From the NCBI RefSeq assembly GCF_001194135.2, contig NC_068991.1, forward strand, positions 23,982,024 to 24,045,900: 63,877 nucleotides of DNA, given 5' to 3'. The position numbers and the translations under genes are program-made. Below, in pieces: positions 49,150-62,625 of the stretch. The notes under the pieces were generated by a model, which did no database searches, was not told where the DNA came from, and was given only the letters and a program-made list of their open reading frames with translations. Source of the stretch: Octopus bimaculoides. Its lineage: Eukaryota. Position 1 is the first letter of the stretch; every line of letters starts with the position of its first letter.

Positions 49150-52100
49150 AAGAACTCGGAGGCAGTGTTATCTCATAAAGTTAACGCGAAACAGACAGAT
49201 CCGTCCTCTAATGTCAACATCCAAGCTCTTCATGTCTCAATGATGACAAAACAAAATTCACACTGAATCGGCCGTCACCCGGGTCAACATAGGGCCGCGC
49301 ACCCCAGTAAGGAACCAGAGTGGTGGCGAAAAATCAGCTACTGGTTCAAATCTTCCCAAAACACAGGAGCTGGAAGTACTCCACAACCGGAATATTCCAA
49401 CACGCTCATCATCAAATAATCAAAAGAAAATGAATGAAAGATGGTCCAGGGAAGATAATAAAAACGTTCTTAAGACCTTCTATCGAGCAATGTATGTCCC
49501 CACAAATAACTCCAATACTGAACAAACCTACCTAAACTTGTAGTAAGATCCTGCATAGATAGTAACAAGCTTGCCAAGGTCAAAAGAAACATCATAAAAA
49601 AGAAATTACTAACTGAATTAGAGATTGACCAGTTTAAACAATCAGTAAGGAATAAAAGGAGTGAAGATGTAGCTAAAGAAGATACTACTGAAGAAGTAAT
49701 TACAGACGAACCCAGGTTGATGAAAATGCTGTAATAATAGAAAGAGTCAATGTAACTGATAGGCAAAGTGAAATACTTTCTGAACCAGCCATAAATATCA
49801 AGGAAGATGAAAATCAAATAGATGACGAAAGTCACACAGAAATTGACCCAACGGAACTTGGAAATTTAAAAGATCAAATCGTGACTGAATAGCTGAAAAT
49901 TAAAGAAACCAGTTTTGATGAACGTGACACTCTCCCAAAAAATTCGCGACTCCAAAACCTGAAACTGGTAAAATCCGCCTTGCACTAAAAGATATAATTT
50001 CAGCTAACGATGTTGATATTACAGATCTCAATCATCTGTAGTATGCACCCGCTAAAATCTCAACAATTCTATGTGGTGAAAGATAAGAAAACGACAACAT
50101 TCCCCAAAAAGCCTATTTGGCAAGAGCGTATCCAACAATAAAAATTCAGTTACTTAGGTCTGACATAGAATGTTTAAAACACTTTTAAGTCTGACAAGAA
50201 TATCAAACCAGCAAAAATCCGAAAATTAAAGAAAAAAAAAATAATATAAAACCCATACCATCCATCGTTACCACTATAGAAGCTATCCAGCAAAAGGTAT
50301 CTGCTAAAGCTGCTCGCATAGCATGGTATGAAAAGTGCGCTAGGTTCTTCAAGGACAACATTTTTAAAAGTAACCCGTAAAGATTTTACAGGAAGATAGG
50401 TAAAATATCAGTCACGGTAAAGTCTGTCCCATCAAAAGAAGAAATGCAGGAATTTTGACCGCACAATAAAAAGGTCCTTGGATTGATAGACTCAGCCTCC
50501 TTAGAAGAGGAAAAGTGGGAGGGTATCAAGGTAGAGGATGTAAGATCTACTCTCAGGAAATCAAGCAAATCGACGTCTCCAGGAAAGGATACAATTCCTA
50601 ACTCCTGGTTGAACGCTTTCCCAGACAGTCATGAACTGCTGACAAGAACTTTACAACAATGCTTTGTAGCAACTTAATACGATCCCCTCTTGGTTAGTTA
50701 ATGGTGTTACATTTCTACTTCCTAAGAATGAAGAAACAAATGAACTAAAAAACTATAGACCCATAACCTGCTTAACAACAATGTATAAAACACTAACATA
50801 TGTCTTAACTGAATACACTTATAACTTCTTAATAGAAAGTGGCATCTTCCCTCATGAGCAAAAAGGATGTAAACGTGGATCCTATAGTTGCAAAGATCAG
50901 CTTCTCATCAATGAAATGATTTAGAAAGATTGTCAAAAACAACACAAGAACATATCAATAGCCTCGATAGACTATTAAAAACCTTGTGATAGTCTACCAC
51001 ATAACTGTATTGAGAAATGTTTGGAAATTTATAAAATAGCACCTACTCTGCGAAACTTCTTATTTGTAAGTATGAGATCATGGAAAACAACACCGACTTT
51101 GAATAATGACAATGAATCTTTAAATGCTGGGACGTAAAAATTTCACGTGGAATTTTCCAGGGTGACTCTATCACCATTTCTCTTTTTTCTAGCCTTAATA
51201 CCTCTCTCGAAATTGCTCGATGATGTACAATATGGATATAATATACTTGGTAAAAATATAAATCATCTCTTTTACATGGATGATTTAAAGCTCTTTGCAA
51301 AAAAAAAAAAAAATGACCAACAACTACAGGGTTAACTGGCAATTGTAAAGTAGTTCAGTGATGACATCAGAAATTTTGCCTCGATTTATGTGCAAAAGCT
51401 ACCTTTATGAGAGGGAAAATGATAGAAACATCCAACGTTAATTTTGAAGACCAGAATGTTATTAAAGGAATTAGAACCAGCGGAGAGCTATAAAAAAGTT
51501 TATTTGAAGGTGATGGAATCAAACATTTAATGACGAGGGAAAAAATCAGAAAAGAATGTTATTGCAGGGCAAGGGTAATACTCAAAACAGTGCTGAACGC
51601 AAGAATAGAACTGAAGCGATCGATACTTTAGCTATATCGGTCATGACTTACAGTTTCAATATTATCAACAGGTCAATTACTGAAATCTGTAATTTTTACA
51701 GAAAAATACAAGAATGACAATGAATAGAATGTACCACCCTAAGGTAGATATAGAACGACTCTACCTGACAAGAAAATTGGGTGACCGTGGACTTTTACAA
51801 CTGGAATTAACAATGAAGATTGTCACGATTGGTCTAAACACTTACCTGAAAAACTCTGATAACTGGATGCTAAAAATTGTCTTAAAGGATGAAAACAAGG
51901 AAACGTTATACTCAATAACAAAGCAGGCAAAGAAATATCTAAGTGAATTCCAAATACAACAAATACCAGAATTAGGCGTACTGGAAACAAGCACAGAAAA
52001 GGTTAAGCGTTTGAAAACCCTTGCTAAAACTGCTGCTTTCGACATTTTTACTGATAAATGACACGAAAAACCTTTCAATAGCAAATACCCAAAAGAGAGC

Positions 52101-53115
52101 TAATAATTCTGATGTTCACAAAGCCCTTATCTATCAATGGTTAGTGTCTTCTAGCTTAAAATCAGAGACAGAAGGGTTTATCATAGCAGCCCCAAATCAC
52201 TGCCTACATACAAGCTACCAGATCAACATCTTCAAGAACGGCAGCCGCCCAACATGACACGTATGGAAACAACAAAATGAAACCATCGATCATGCTGTCT
52301 CCATGTGCAGCCTTCTTGCGCCTACAGAGTATCTCAACAGGCACGATAGAGCAGCACAATATATTCAGTGGGTAATTTGTAAAGACTTTAACCTGCCTCA
52401 TGATAAAAACTGTTGGGAGCACAAACCACCTCCAGTGCTTGGAAATGATTAACTCTCACTACTTTGAAACTTTACTGTTCAAACTGACAGAAAGGTGGAC
52501 GCAAATAGGCCAGACATTATATTGAAGGATTTCAGACAAAAATCATGCCAACTCATCGATATGACTGTCCAAATCAACATAAATGCATCTGTCAAGACCT
52601 ACCAAAAACTGAGCAAGTAGAAAGATCTTGAAATAGAAATTAGCAAAATGTGGAACCTCAAGACTAAAACAATACCTATTGTCATAGGTGCCCTGGGAAT
52701 GATAGCAAAAGGGGCTGATTGCTACCTATCTCATATACCAGGAAAATCCAAAAATGGAAAAACTGAAAAAAATAGTGCTCATTGGAAATGCTCATATCCT
52801 AAGAAAAATATTGTCTGTGTAATCCCAAACACATTTTAATCTGTAAACAGTGTCAAAATACTTTTAAATTTACATAATAGCAAACACCTGCTTTCATCTT
52901 AACGTCACACTATGATCTTATAATCAAATTACTTTGAGAACAAACTTCTAATTTTCTTATGTTTTCACAGACATTCTCTAGAACAGTACTTGTGCAAAAT
53001 CAAAAATATGGCACCCTAGTCATAACACCAACTTGAAGTTCTAACTTGTCTCTTGAAATCTCTGGATGAGACTTGGAGTCAACAAGTACAAATATAAAAC
53101 AAAAACCAAACATAT

Positions 53116-53146
<31 letters not shown>

Positions 53147-53150
53147 CCAA
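49150..53150 (+). mobile_element. Near full-length, decayed R4/Dong-clade non-LTR retrotransposon
   Basis: N-terminus RWSREDNKNVLKTFY. RT SPGKD..LLPK..NYRPITCL..EQKGC..KDQLLIN..GIFQG..SP..LALIPLS..HLFYMDDLKL. RLE ETEGFIIAA..ETIDH..RHDR..NRPDIIL..LIDMT..IPIVIGALG. Tail (AAC)n. The 5' boundary is approximate. Confidence 0.92.
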
Positions 53151-53665
53151 ATATTACATAATATGTATTTTCATATTAGCATGTATTTTACTAATATTGA
53201 TCGACTAGTTGTTGCTTTATAGCATCTTTGTAGTTACTAAGAGTTACATACTGCTTGCTTTATCTTTTCATATGCTTGCAGTAAATTGAACAGACTTACT
53301 ATTAGGTTCTGACAGTTTTAGCTGTTTGCATTTCAAAGAAACTTTTCCATTTGCTATAAATCATAAATTCAGGTTTGTTATGTTAAATAAATTATAGATA
53401 TAAAAAAGCTTCGATTGCACATTTAGTGCTCATTCAGCACATCTATATAAGATGTTGGAATAATTGATATGTTACGTATGTTACATATATAACATATCGA
53501 CCATTTATTCCCAAATCCGCCATTATGATGATGTCTTTTCCAAGCTGTCTACTCTTATTAGTTAAAACTTCTTCGTGGATTTGGAAGAACGAAATGATAA
53601 TACAATTCTCTGATCGTTCGGTTGATATCGAATCTTTTATCAGCAAAGTTTGAACATTTGGATTG

Positions 53666-53857
53666 CGAATACATTTAAGCGGGCGCGATTTCGTTTGAAA
53701 AACGCAAATGCGGGTGACCCTATGGTTTTGTATTTGCGTTTCGCAAATTGGCAGAATCATCATTATTTTCAGTTATAAACGCAAGACCACGAGGTCAGGC
53801 TTTTGCGTCTTTCAGGAATATACTCAAACGAAAATCGCGCCTGCTAAAGCGTATTCA
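53666..53857. mobile_element. Small MITE with ~30-bp imperfect TIRs
   Basis: GAATACATTTAAGCGGGCGCGATTTCGTTTGA vs TCAAACGAAAATCGCGCCTGCTAAAGCGTATTC. Confidence 0.6.
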
Positions 53858-54566
53858 CGGGCACAAAGGATTAATGGAACACCAGTTTGTGTTTGGATTT
53901 TCTTTTGCAAGCTAAAGCCAATTCTACTTTCGACTTTACTTTATCTCAGTTGTGTATCTGAAGTTCTACTTTTCAAAAATGTTTGAGAGATGTAAACAAA
54001 GGAAAGATAACCTCAATTAGCATGCCATTAAAAAATCACTCTGTTCCTTTTGCTTTTTACCTATCGACACGTCTCAACAAGAGCCATCAGCACAATAATT
54101 GTCCTACTAATGTTTTTTATGACCCCCCCCCAAAAAAAAACACTATTTCAAGAATCAGTGTATTCTAGTTGAGTATGAGATTTATTTTTGTAAAGGAAAG
54201 ATTGAAAGTAACTTCGGAAGTTTTGCTGGTCGTTGACTTCGACAGACTGACAAAGTGAAATACTAGTGAAATTTCGATGTCAATATCTCGAAAATTGGAA
54301 CTTCAGACTTCCATTAGCACACACAATAGACACACATTCACGCACACACAATACACACACACACACACACAAACGCACACATGCAACAAACCTAAAAACC
54401 ACTAAACAAATTTAACTCCACAAAAACAAGATATTCAATGATGAACAACTTAGAGCCACGAGGACACAAGATACAACAGCATATCAAACGTATATATCTC
54501 ACCTTCAGCTGCCTAATGGATATCATTTTGGTTTCGACACTTGGGCTGCATCGTTCAATGTGGTGG

Positions 54567-54633
<67 letters not shown>

Positions 54634-54646
54634 TTGTGTATATATA

Positions 54647-55390
54647 AGGTCTGATCAATAAGTAGCCGGACTGTTGTAAGTAACGAAGCTAAAGCACACA
54701 GAGTGAAGCCGCTTAGCAAAGATTGACCTTGACCTCTGCTGTGCATGTGCACCAGGTTTTAACATTTTAGCTCACTTCCGCTGTTTACAGCAGTGCTTGG
54801 GAGGAAGGTGTGTAGTGTGTGATCGTCGCATTGACCATGATAGAGGAAGTTGTCATGACGATACCTGCTCAGAGGCCTGCCTAAAGTTGCAGAAAGTGTA
54901 TACAGAGGAGTGTATGAGTTGCACACGAGTTTACAAGTGGTTCAGGCGTTTCCAAGACGACCGAAAAATGTCGATATTGACGAATGTTCTGGGAGACCCG
55001 CAACCAGCAGAACTGAAAAGATCATCGCAGATGTGCGTGCAGCAGTGAGAGGGAAATCGTCGAATTACCATCCGTGAGTTATCAGAGGACGTGCAGATTA
55101 GTTGCGGTTTAGTTCAGTCCATTATCACTGAAGATTTGGGTATGAGACGCGTGTCTGCCAAATTTGCGCCCAAACTACTTTCAGCTGACCAAAAAGACGC
55201 TCGGGTTTCAGTTGCACAAGAACTCCTTGATTGTGTCGAAAACGATGAAAACGTTTTTAAAACTTTGCGTAGGCCTCTGAGCAGATATCGCCAAGCTGTT
55301 GGCAAAATTTGATGCAGCTTCTCTGCTCAACTTTCTCTGTCATGGTCAATGCGACGATTACACGCTATACACCTTCCTTCCAAGTACGGC
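54647..55390 (+). mobile_element. Mariner 5' half (HTH region) joined to an inverted copy of its own 5' end
   Basis: TA|AGGTCTGATCAATAAGT start; KLQKVY..VYKWFRRF..GRP..RITIREL..LGMRRVSAKFAPKLL. 55260-55388 is the reverse complement of the 5' UTR/start (MTEKVEQRSCIKFCQQLG). Confidence 0.85.
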
Positions 55391-56009
55391 AAACATCTTA
55401 CACCACCCAGCCACTCATGCAGCTCATATATATANNNNNNNNNNNNNNNNNNNNNNNNNNNNNNNNNNNNNNNNNNNNNNNNNNNNNNNNNNNNNNNNNN
55501 NNNNNNNNNNNNNNNNNNNNNNNNNNNNNNNNNNNNNNNNNNNNNNNNNNNNNNNNNNNNNNNNNNNNNNNNNNNNNNNNNNNNNNNNNNNNNNNNNNNN
55601 NNNNNNNNNNNNNNNNNNNNNNNNNNNNNNNNNNNNNNNNNNNNNNNNNNNNNNNNNNNNNNNNNNNNNNNNNNNNNNNNNNNNNNNNNNNNNNNNNNNN
55701 NNNNNNNNNNNNNNNNNNNNNNNNNNNNNNNNNNNNNNNNNNNNNNNNNNNNNNNNNNNNNNNNNNNNNNNNNNNNNNNNNNNNNNNNNNNNNNNNNNNN
55801 NNNNNNNNNNNNNNNNNNNNNNNNNNNNNNNNNNNNNNNNNNNNNNNNNNNNNNNNNNNNNNNNNNNNNNNNNNNNNNNNNNNNNNNNNNNNNNNNNNNN
55901 NNNNNNNNNNNNNNNNNNNNNNNNNNNNNNNNNNNNNNNNNNNNNNNNNNNNNNNNNNNNNNNNNNNNNNNNNNNNNNNNNNNNNNNNNNNNNNNNNNNN
56001 NNNNNNNAT

Positions 56010-56869
56010 ATATAAAGCAAATAAATAATAAGGATGTTCAGTCATTACAGCCGTTTCAAACGGTTCCATTTAATAGATCAATGCAAACATTACATCAAAT
56101 TGAAATAAACCGCTCTCCTCTGAAGCATACGACCATATAGATCTCCAGCATACAAAGTTTTGCTAAGTTTAGATGCACATTTTCCCCATATTCCTAATTC
56201 CAACGCTTATATCTCAATGTGATCTCTTTTGTTTTCCATTTTAAGCCCTTTTTAGTTGATAATCATATGTTAGGCCCCACCATTCTTCCTCTTTCTGGTT
56301 ATCACCTCGTCTTTTATATCATTATCTTACTAGCATCTTCAGAAACATATTCTTTTATGTAGGTATGGATGATTTATAGTCATAGTGAATTAGGGGTAAG
56401 GAAGAGTACCTAACATTAATTGATTCATCATCACCAACAAGAACTTAACCGTCGATTCCCAATGGTTTTAATTCTAAGGGGATGTAGACTGCTTGCTGCA
56501 TTGGGTCTGTTGAATGTGATAAGGCTAAAAATGAATGTAGCTATATCACCATTCCTCTTTATTGACCCGTATCATTTCCTTCTGCCACTCTAAATTTAGT
56601 AGAACTTAGGTCATTCCTTCCCTAAATTCATTCTGCTACAATAATAGCAAAAAAACAATGTATTTTAGTCTCTAGTATTGATGAAAAATTTACTAAAAAA
56701 TTCTAATGGATTATCCTGTATGATGGAAATCTATATGGTCGTACGCATCCGAGGAGAGCGGTTTATTTCAAACTGATATAACGTTTGAAATGATCGATTA
56801 AATGGAGCCGCTTGAAACGGCCGTAATGCACTAATAACTGGACACCCTTGTTACTCATTTGCTTTATAT
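56010..56869. mobile_element. Non-autonomous element with ~140-bp terminal inverted repeats
   Basis: 56010-56148 is the reverse complement of 56722-56869 (for example GAAATAAACCGCTCTCCTC / GAGGAGAGCGGTTTATTTC). Confidence 0.8.
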
Positions 56870-56954
56870 CCACCTAACTTCGAACTGTGCGGACAATACT
56901 GGACAGACTTGGTGCCTCAACTTATATACATAATTCAACTGAATCTTAATTATT

Positions 56955-57012
<58 letters not shown>

Positions 57013-57408
57013 GTATATGTATATGCATATGTATGTATATATATGTAGGTGTCTGTCCAAAACAAGGTAAGGGAGAATGCAAATAGCTCATTACTGTTTC
57101 AGTTATATGCGTATGTGTGAGTGTGAGTGCGCGCGTATATAAAAGGGAGAAAGTAAAAATTTCACGGATAAATCAAAGCTAAGTTATGATTTAACTGTGA
57201 TATTCATGCTTTTCTGCCTTTTATTCTCAACATGCATTGCTCTCAAGGATCGCTTTAGCCAGTTTTGTATGTGCATGCAAGCTTCTTTCAATGGATCTAC
57301 TTACCACGTTATAACGTGTTGGAGTTTGACGACCTGTTATTTATCGAGATCTTCATTACCGTAGATATATTCTTTGATGTCTTGTACATCATTTCTTTAC
57401 GTATATAC

Positions 57409-57512
<104 letters not shown>

Positions 57513-57929
57513 TCTGCTAAATCGCCAATATCAAGCTATTAGACTCAGTTGTAACAAGTGTCGATTCTCTTCTTCTTTCCATCTTTTTTGTCTCTTTTCC
57601 GTTTTTCATTTATGACATGTTACTTCGGTTTCGCCCTGTTTCTGTTAATTATTAAACGTGGGCCTTCAAATTCTTTTTGTCGTCATTTGAAATTGACTTA
57701 TTTTTGTCTTGTTATTGCACTCAGTAAATCCCATTGGTTGGTTGTTTGGTTGGGAATATCACCCAGTCTATTGAGTTGTATCGAGATGAGTAGAAGATGG
57801 GTTGTAATTTAATAAGCGTCTATCACTAAAGATAATTTTGTGGAACATCAACTATAATAACATCATCATCAACGGTGTCAACAAGAACTTCATCAACAAC
57901 AATATTTATATCAACAGCATCGACAAGGT

Positions 57930-58530
57930 AGCAACAGCAGCAGTCACATCAATATCTACTGAGATATGTATGTACACTTTTTTGTGAGTATCACTGTAAT
58001 ATATGATAACAATTCCTAACAACTTGTTTATCGATATATCATTGAATTCAGCTAATAACAGGCTAAATTGTCTATCTCCTATATCAGAAATCAAATCTCC
58101 ATCAAAATATGGAGCTAGAATATTTCTCACAATATTTGAACATTTTGTACGATGCAACTCAACTTCACTTTGGACATAATATCATTATCAGACATAATTA
58201 TTACATAACGCTATTAAGTGATCACAGCTATTAAACGATGAGTGACAACAAATAAACATTGCTAAATTTGCTTCAAGCATAGATGTTTTATCCTTTTTGG
58301 TTTTAATAAAATTGGTAAGAGGAATCATGTTGTGGAGTTGATGCCTTATGTTTCTTTGTTTCACAGTGGCTTACTAAAAGAGTGTATTTTACCAACATAT
58401 TACTACAATAGCTGCAATGTGCTTTAGATTGGTCACTAGGTACTTCACACAACCACGTAGTAAACGCTGGAATCTTAAGCCATTCCTTTCGGAATTTTTG
58501 CTGGTACAACTTTGTTTTTTCTTTGCTCAC
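57930..58530 (-). mobile_element. hAT transposase N-terminal relic (BED/TTF-type zinc finger + first catalytic D region)
   Basis: YQQKFRKEWL..WL..AHCSYC..HCETKKH and HRTKCSNIVRNILAP..FSLLLAEFNDIS..LLGIVIIY. Confidence 0.75.
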
Positions 58531-59526
58531 TATAATGTAGTGGGAAGCAAGAAAAGAAATTGAGTGATAAATAAAAATATAAAACTGAAAACACAGCTGA
58601 TCAGTTTGCCACTAACAATTCTTTCATTCGCCGTTAACAATTCTTATGTTTGCTGCTTACAAATTCTTGAGGTGAAGAATACTGATTCAGGATGCAGGGT
58701 GGCCAATTTATAAATGAAAAAGTAAAATCTGCAGAAATCCTAAAACTGTGTTCTGGTATAAACCTGGGAATATCATATTTCGCTTCCAATCTTACATTTA
58801 ATATCTATTGGTAAAACCACAAATATAACTACAATATTTGAAAAAAAAGTAAAAATATAAAGGGGGAGACGTTGCCACCCCCGTACTTCTACACACGATA
58901 TATAATTCAAAACAAGCATGAACAGATACATGCCTATTCTAAAATAGTCAACCTGAAAGTAAATCAGTCAACCTGTCACGATAAAAACTCATCACTACAG
59001 AATAACGCATTGTCAGGTCGAATTTCCAAGCTTTCATTCGTTGCAAACATATTTACATTATTGTGCAGTGAGTTCAAGTGCTGACATGAGTTACCTTTTC
59101 TCTCTCCCCCACCAGCACCACTCTGTATTCAAGCGTGAGGAGGCGGTTGGAAAAGTTCATAACTTGATAAACTTCCTTTCGATAAACTTTCATTTGAAGT
59201 TTCATGAAAATGAAAGAAAAATTCAACACTAGCCGATGGTACTAAAATTTGGCTGTAAGATATTTTAACGAAAGTAGAAAAGGAGTAAAAAGAAGAAAAA
59301 TGGGTAAAAATCGTAGAAGTGTCATGATCAGAGAAAAATGCTAAAACGTAAATAAAATTTTAAACTTTCTATTTTCCCTGCTAGATTCAAACATTTTCTG
59401 CTAAATGCTGAAAAAATGCTAGATCTAGCATAAAATATGCTAAATCAGCAACCCTGTGTTTGTGATATACTGTAATACGTGCTGTCAGTATCGCGATATA
59501 ATGTATGACCTCATTATGGCAGGGGT

Positions 59527-61470
59527 TGTGAAAAGTTAATTGATGAAAAATTAATTGCAATATATTGGTGCAATTAATTGATTGGAGTCGTACTGCCAAT
59601 TAAATAATTGAGTGCTATAATATCAATTAATTACAATTAATTACAGTCAATTGCAACATTGTCAGCGAAAGTTTTTCAAATGGCTCATACTTCATTCGAC
59701 CTTCAATTGGCAAATACAGCGTTCTATTATTATTTGAGGTATTGTGTCGACGCTTTGTTTTGACTGCTGAGAATTATTCACATTCTGTCATGCTTAGGAA
59801 TTGATTATTGTGTATGTTGTTAAGTGATGAATCTTGATTCAGACTGCTGAAAATTATACATATTCTATCATGCTTGGGAATTAGTTATTATGCTTATAAC
59901 TAATTCCATGCTTGGAAATTAGTTACAAGCATGATAGAATGATACACATTCTATCATGCTTGGGAATTAGTTATATTAGTTACTAATATAAGTTATTAGT
60001 AACTTGGGAATTAGCTATTGTCAAATAACTGCTGTCGAGTGTTGACGCTTGGTTAGGATTTCCGAGAATGATTCACACATTCTGTCGTGTTTGGGAATTG
60101 GCTATTGTATATGTTGTCAAATAATCACTGTCGAGTGATTCTTGGTTCTGATTGCCGAGAATGATTCACACATTCTGCCTTCAAGTCATTAAATCATGAC
60201 TTCGCCAGCAAAGCAGTTGTATCTTGAATTCCGCTCCAACATATTAACTGAATCAGACTCTCATCAGCGGAGTGGCGAAATACCATCTATTTTAAAATGT
60301 GGCGAAATATCTTTTGTCTCCCCCTTGTAAACATAAGGACACAGGATATGTGTCAAGGCCGGCATGAAGCGGTGCAACTTCCTAGGTCTAACCAACAGTA
60401 GTATTATTCCCTTCAGGGGACTGTCACATTAAGTTGACAGCATACAACTACGAAATATCTTTTATTTTAAACTAACCCATGCTGCGTGAAAAGGAGCAAA
60501 TCGTCAGAAAATATTTTAATCAAACAAACTGAACATGTATGAAAATGAAAGTGTAGAAAAAAGCTGTCCTAGAAAAAAGAACCGCTGTCCAGTGTTGACG
60601 GTTATATAAAAAAAAACACCATCTAGCAACTGGATAACCATCCTTATCGAGTTTTTTTTCACCAAGAAGTAGTTTGGTCACTCGCTCGGCCTCAAAAGTT
60701 CATGGTTGGATTGATTGGGTATGTGTTGGTTTAAAACCATTTTCCTTGACTGAAGACCCACTGATTCGTAAGTACACAAACTTGGGAAGTATGACAAATG
60801 TGATCTTAAAGAAATACATGGACAAACTTACTCAAGAAGTGGAAAAAAATATCTGATGAACTTCCAAGTAAATTCTCGTTGGTAATCGACGGTTGGACTA
60901 AGGGTTCGACGCATTTCATTGAACTTTGTGCATCTTATACGTGCAATTATAAAAATGACTATTGTACTGTTTTGCTGACATTTTCTCCAATGGTAAGCGA
61001 AACATCATTCACTGCTTCTGATTATGTCGAATTTATAGAGTATGTGTTAAGTGTCTATAACAAAAATTTAGAAAATGTAGCTATTACTGGAGATAATACT
61101 AAAGTGAACAAATCTATAGCGAATTTCTGTAGAACACCATTGATTAGATGCGCCTCTCATAAATTTAATCTAGCTGTTTCTGCTTATCTCGACAAGCAGG
61201 AAGTTCTGCTTGATAAAATTAATATGTTGATGGGCAAGCTAAAATCATTAAAACTTGCGAGTAAGCTTCGGGAAAAAACGCCTTTGCAACCTATACAGAG
61301 AAACAAAGCCTGATGGTCCAGTACTTATGATACTATTGAGAAGTACATCCAACTCAAACCATTTTTAGACTCTTTTTAAGGCCTTTCAAAGCTGGTTGAT
61401 TATCTGCTGACTCCACGCGATCATATTGATTTGCAGACCCTAAAAGACGATTTAGTAAAGTTACGCTAAA
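59527..61470 (+). mobile_element. hAT-family transposon relic (CAGGGGTTG start, subterminal repeats, decayed transposase 60600-61470)
   Basis: WIDWVC..PFS..ED..LKKYMDKLTQEVEKNI..FSLVIDGWT..HF..LL.FSP..GDN..NK..RCASHKFNLAV..N...WSSTY. Confidence 0.8.
59770..60180. repeat. Degenerate minisatellite (CATTCT(G/A)TCATGCTTGGGAATT units) with embedded hairpins
   Basis: At least 5 related units visible, some inverted. Confidence 0.75.
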
Positions 61471-61559
61471 TCACAATTTTTATTAGAAAACTGACACATC
61501 TATTTCTTTATTCTAACTCATTTTATTTATAAATCGTTTTTTGTTATTTTTGTTTAGGG

Positions 61560-62625
61560 ATGGATAAGTCGGAAATTCATACAGTTTTGAAATATGAGTT
61601 CTTGCTTTGAAATACAGCATCACAGACAGCTCGGAATATTAATGGAGTATTTCATTATTATGTTATTACACAACAGACAGTACCAAATTGTATGCAAAAT
61701 TTCGTTCTGGTAACTTTGACCTCACGCGGTCGACCAGAATCAAAGGTGGACAATGACGAACTGAAAACCGCTGTCGAATCAGACCCATCTCAAAGTACCC
61801 GTGAATTATTGTTGTTGTTTGATGTTATCAAGCAAAGAATATTGACTCACTTAGTTCAAATCGGTAAAGTAAAAAAGTTGGATAAGTGGGTTCCACATGA
61901 ACTCAATGAAAACCAGAAACAACATTTGGAAGGTTGCATTATGCTACTTTCTTGTCACAAAAATTAGTCATTTTGAATCGAATTGTAACATGTGATGAGA
62001 AATGGATCCAATACAACAACCGTAAACGTTCAGTACAATAGTTGGACAAAGACGAGCCACCAAAACACAGTCCACAAAGCAAAATTCATCAAAAGAAGCT
62101 GATGGTGTGTGTCTGATGGTCTGGCGCAGGTGTGATCCATTATGATTTCATTAAACCTGGCTCATCAATCACGGCAAGTATAATGCAGCCAACTGGACCA
62201 AATGATGCAGAAACTTACAAAACAACAGCCTAGATTAGTCAACAGATCTCCTATTTTACAACAAGACAATGCCAGATCACACATAGCAAAAATGACATTG
62301 GCGAAACTACAGGAGTTGGAGTTGGAAGTTCTCCATCATCCACCATACTCACCTGATCTTGCCTCCACTAACTACCAGAATTTGGATAACTTTTTGATAG
62401 GAAAAAAATTTAATTCCGACGATGCTGTAAAACAGGTCTTCCAAGATTTTACTGACTCTATATTGCCAGGTTTTTTATAGTTCCGGGCTGGACAAGCTAC
62501 CGCTGAAATGGCAATAGTGTGTTGACAATATGGGTGCATACTTTGATGAATAAAACTATTCCTTGTATTTATAAAACATTAGCAAACTTTTTTCTTTTCT
62601 ACAAATTTCATACTTGACGATCTAA
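61560..62625 (+). mobile_element. Mariner (Hsmar1/cecropia-like) transposase relic with 3' TIR
   Basis: MDKSEI..KYEF..GRPESKVDNDELK..QIGKVKKLDKWVPHEL..IVTCDEKW..QQDNARSH..HPPYSPDLAS. End CATACTTGACGATCTAA. Confidence 0.9.

Noticed and set aside
49150-49340. Possible HDV-like ribozyme at the 5' end of the R4/Dong element
   Set aside because: I could not build the nested double pseudoknot by eye, and the GC-rich stretch reads as the N-terminal coding region. An RNAMotif search would be needed.
58695-59456. CAGGGTGG...CAACCCTG candidate MITE
   Set aside because: The TIR match is only ~6-8 bp with no TSD. The right end may instead be the 5' terminus of the minus-strand hAT at 57930-58530.
60220-60275. 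Minus-strand CTGATGAG..CGGAA hammerhead-like words
   Set aside because: The GAAA core is broken (GGAA) and no convincing stems II or III form. Other CTGANGA hits (9922, 24590, 38196) also lack helices.
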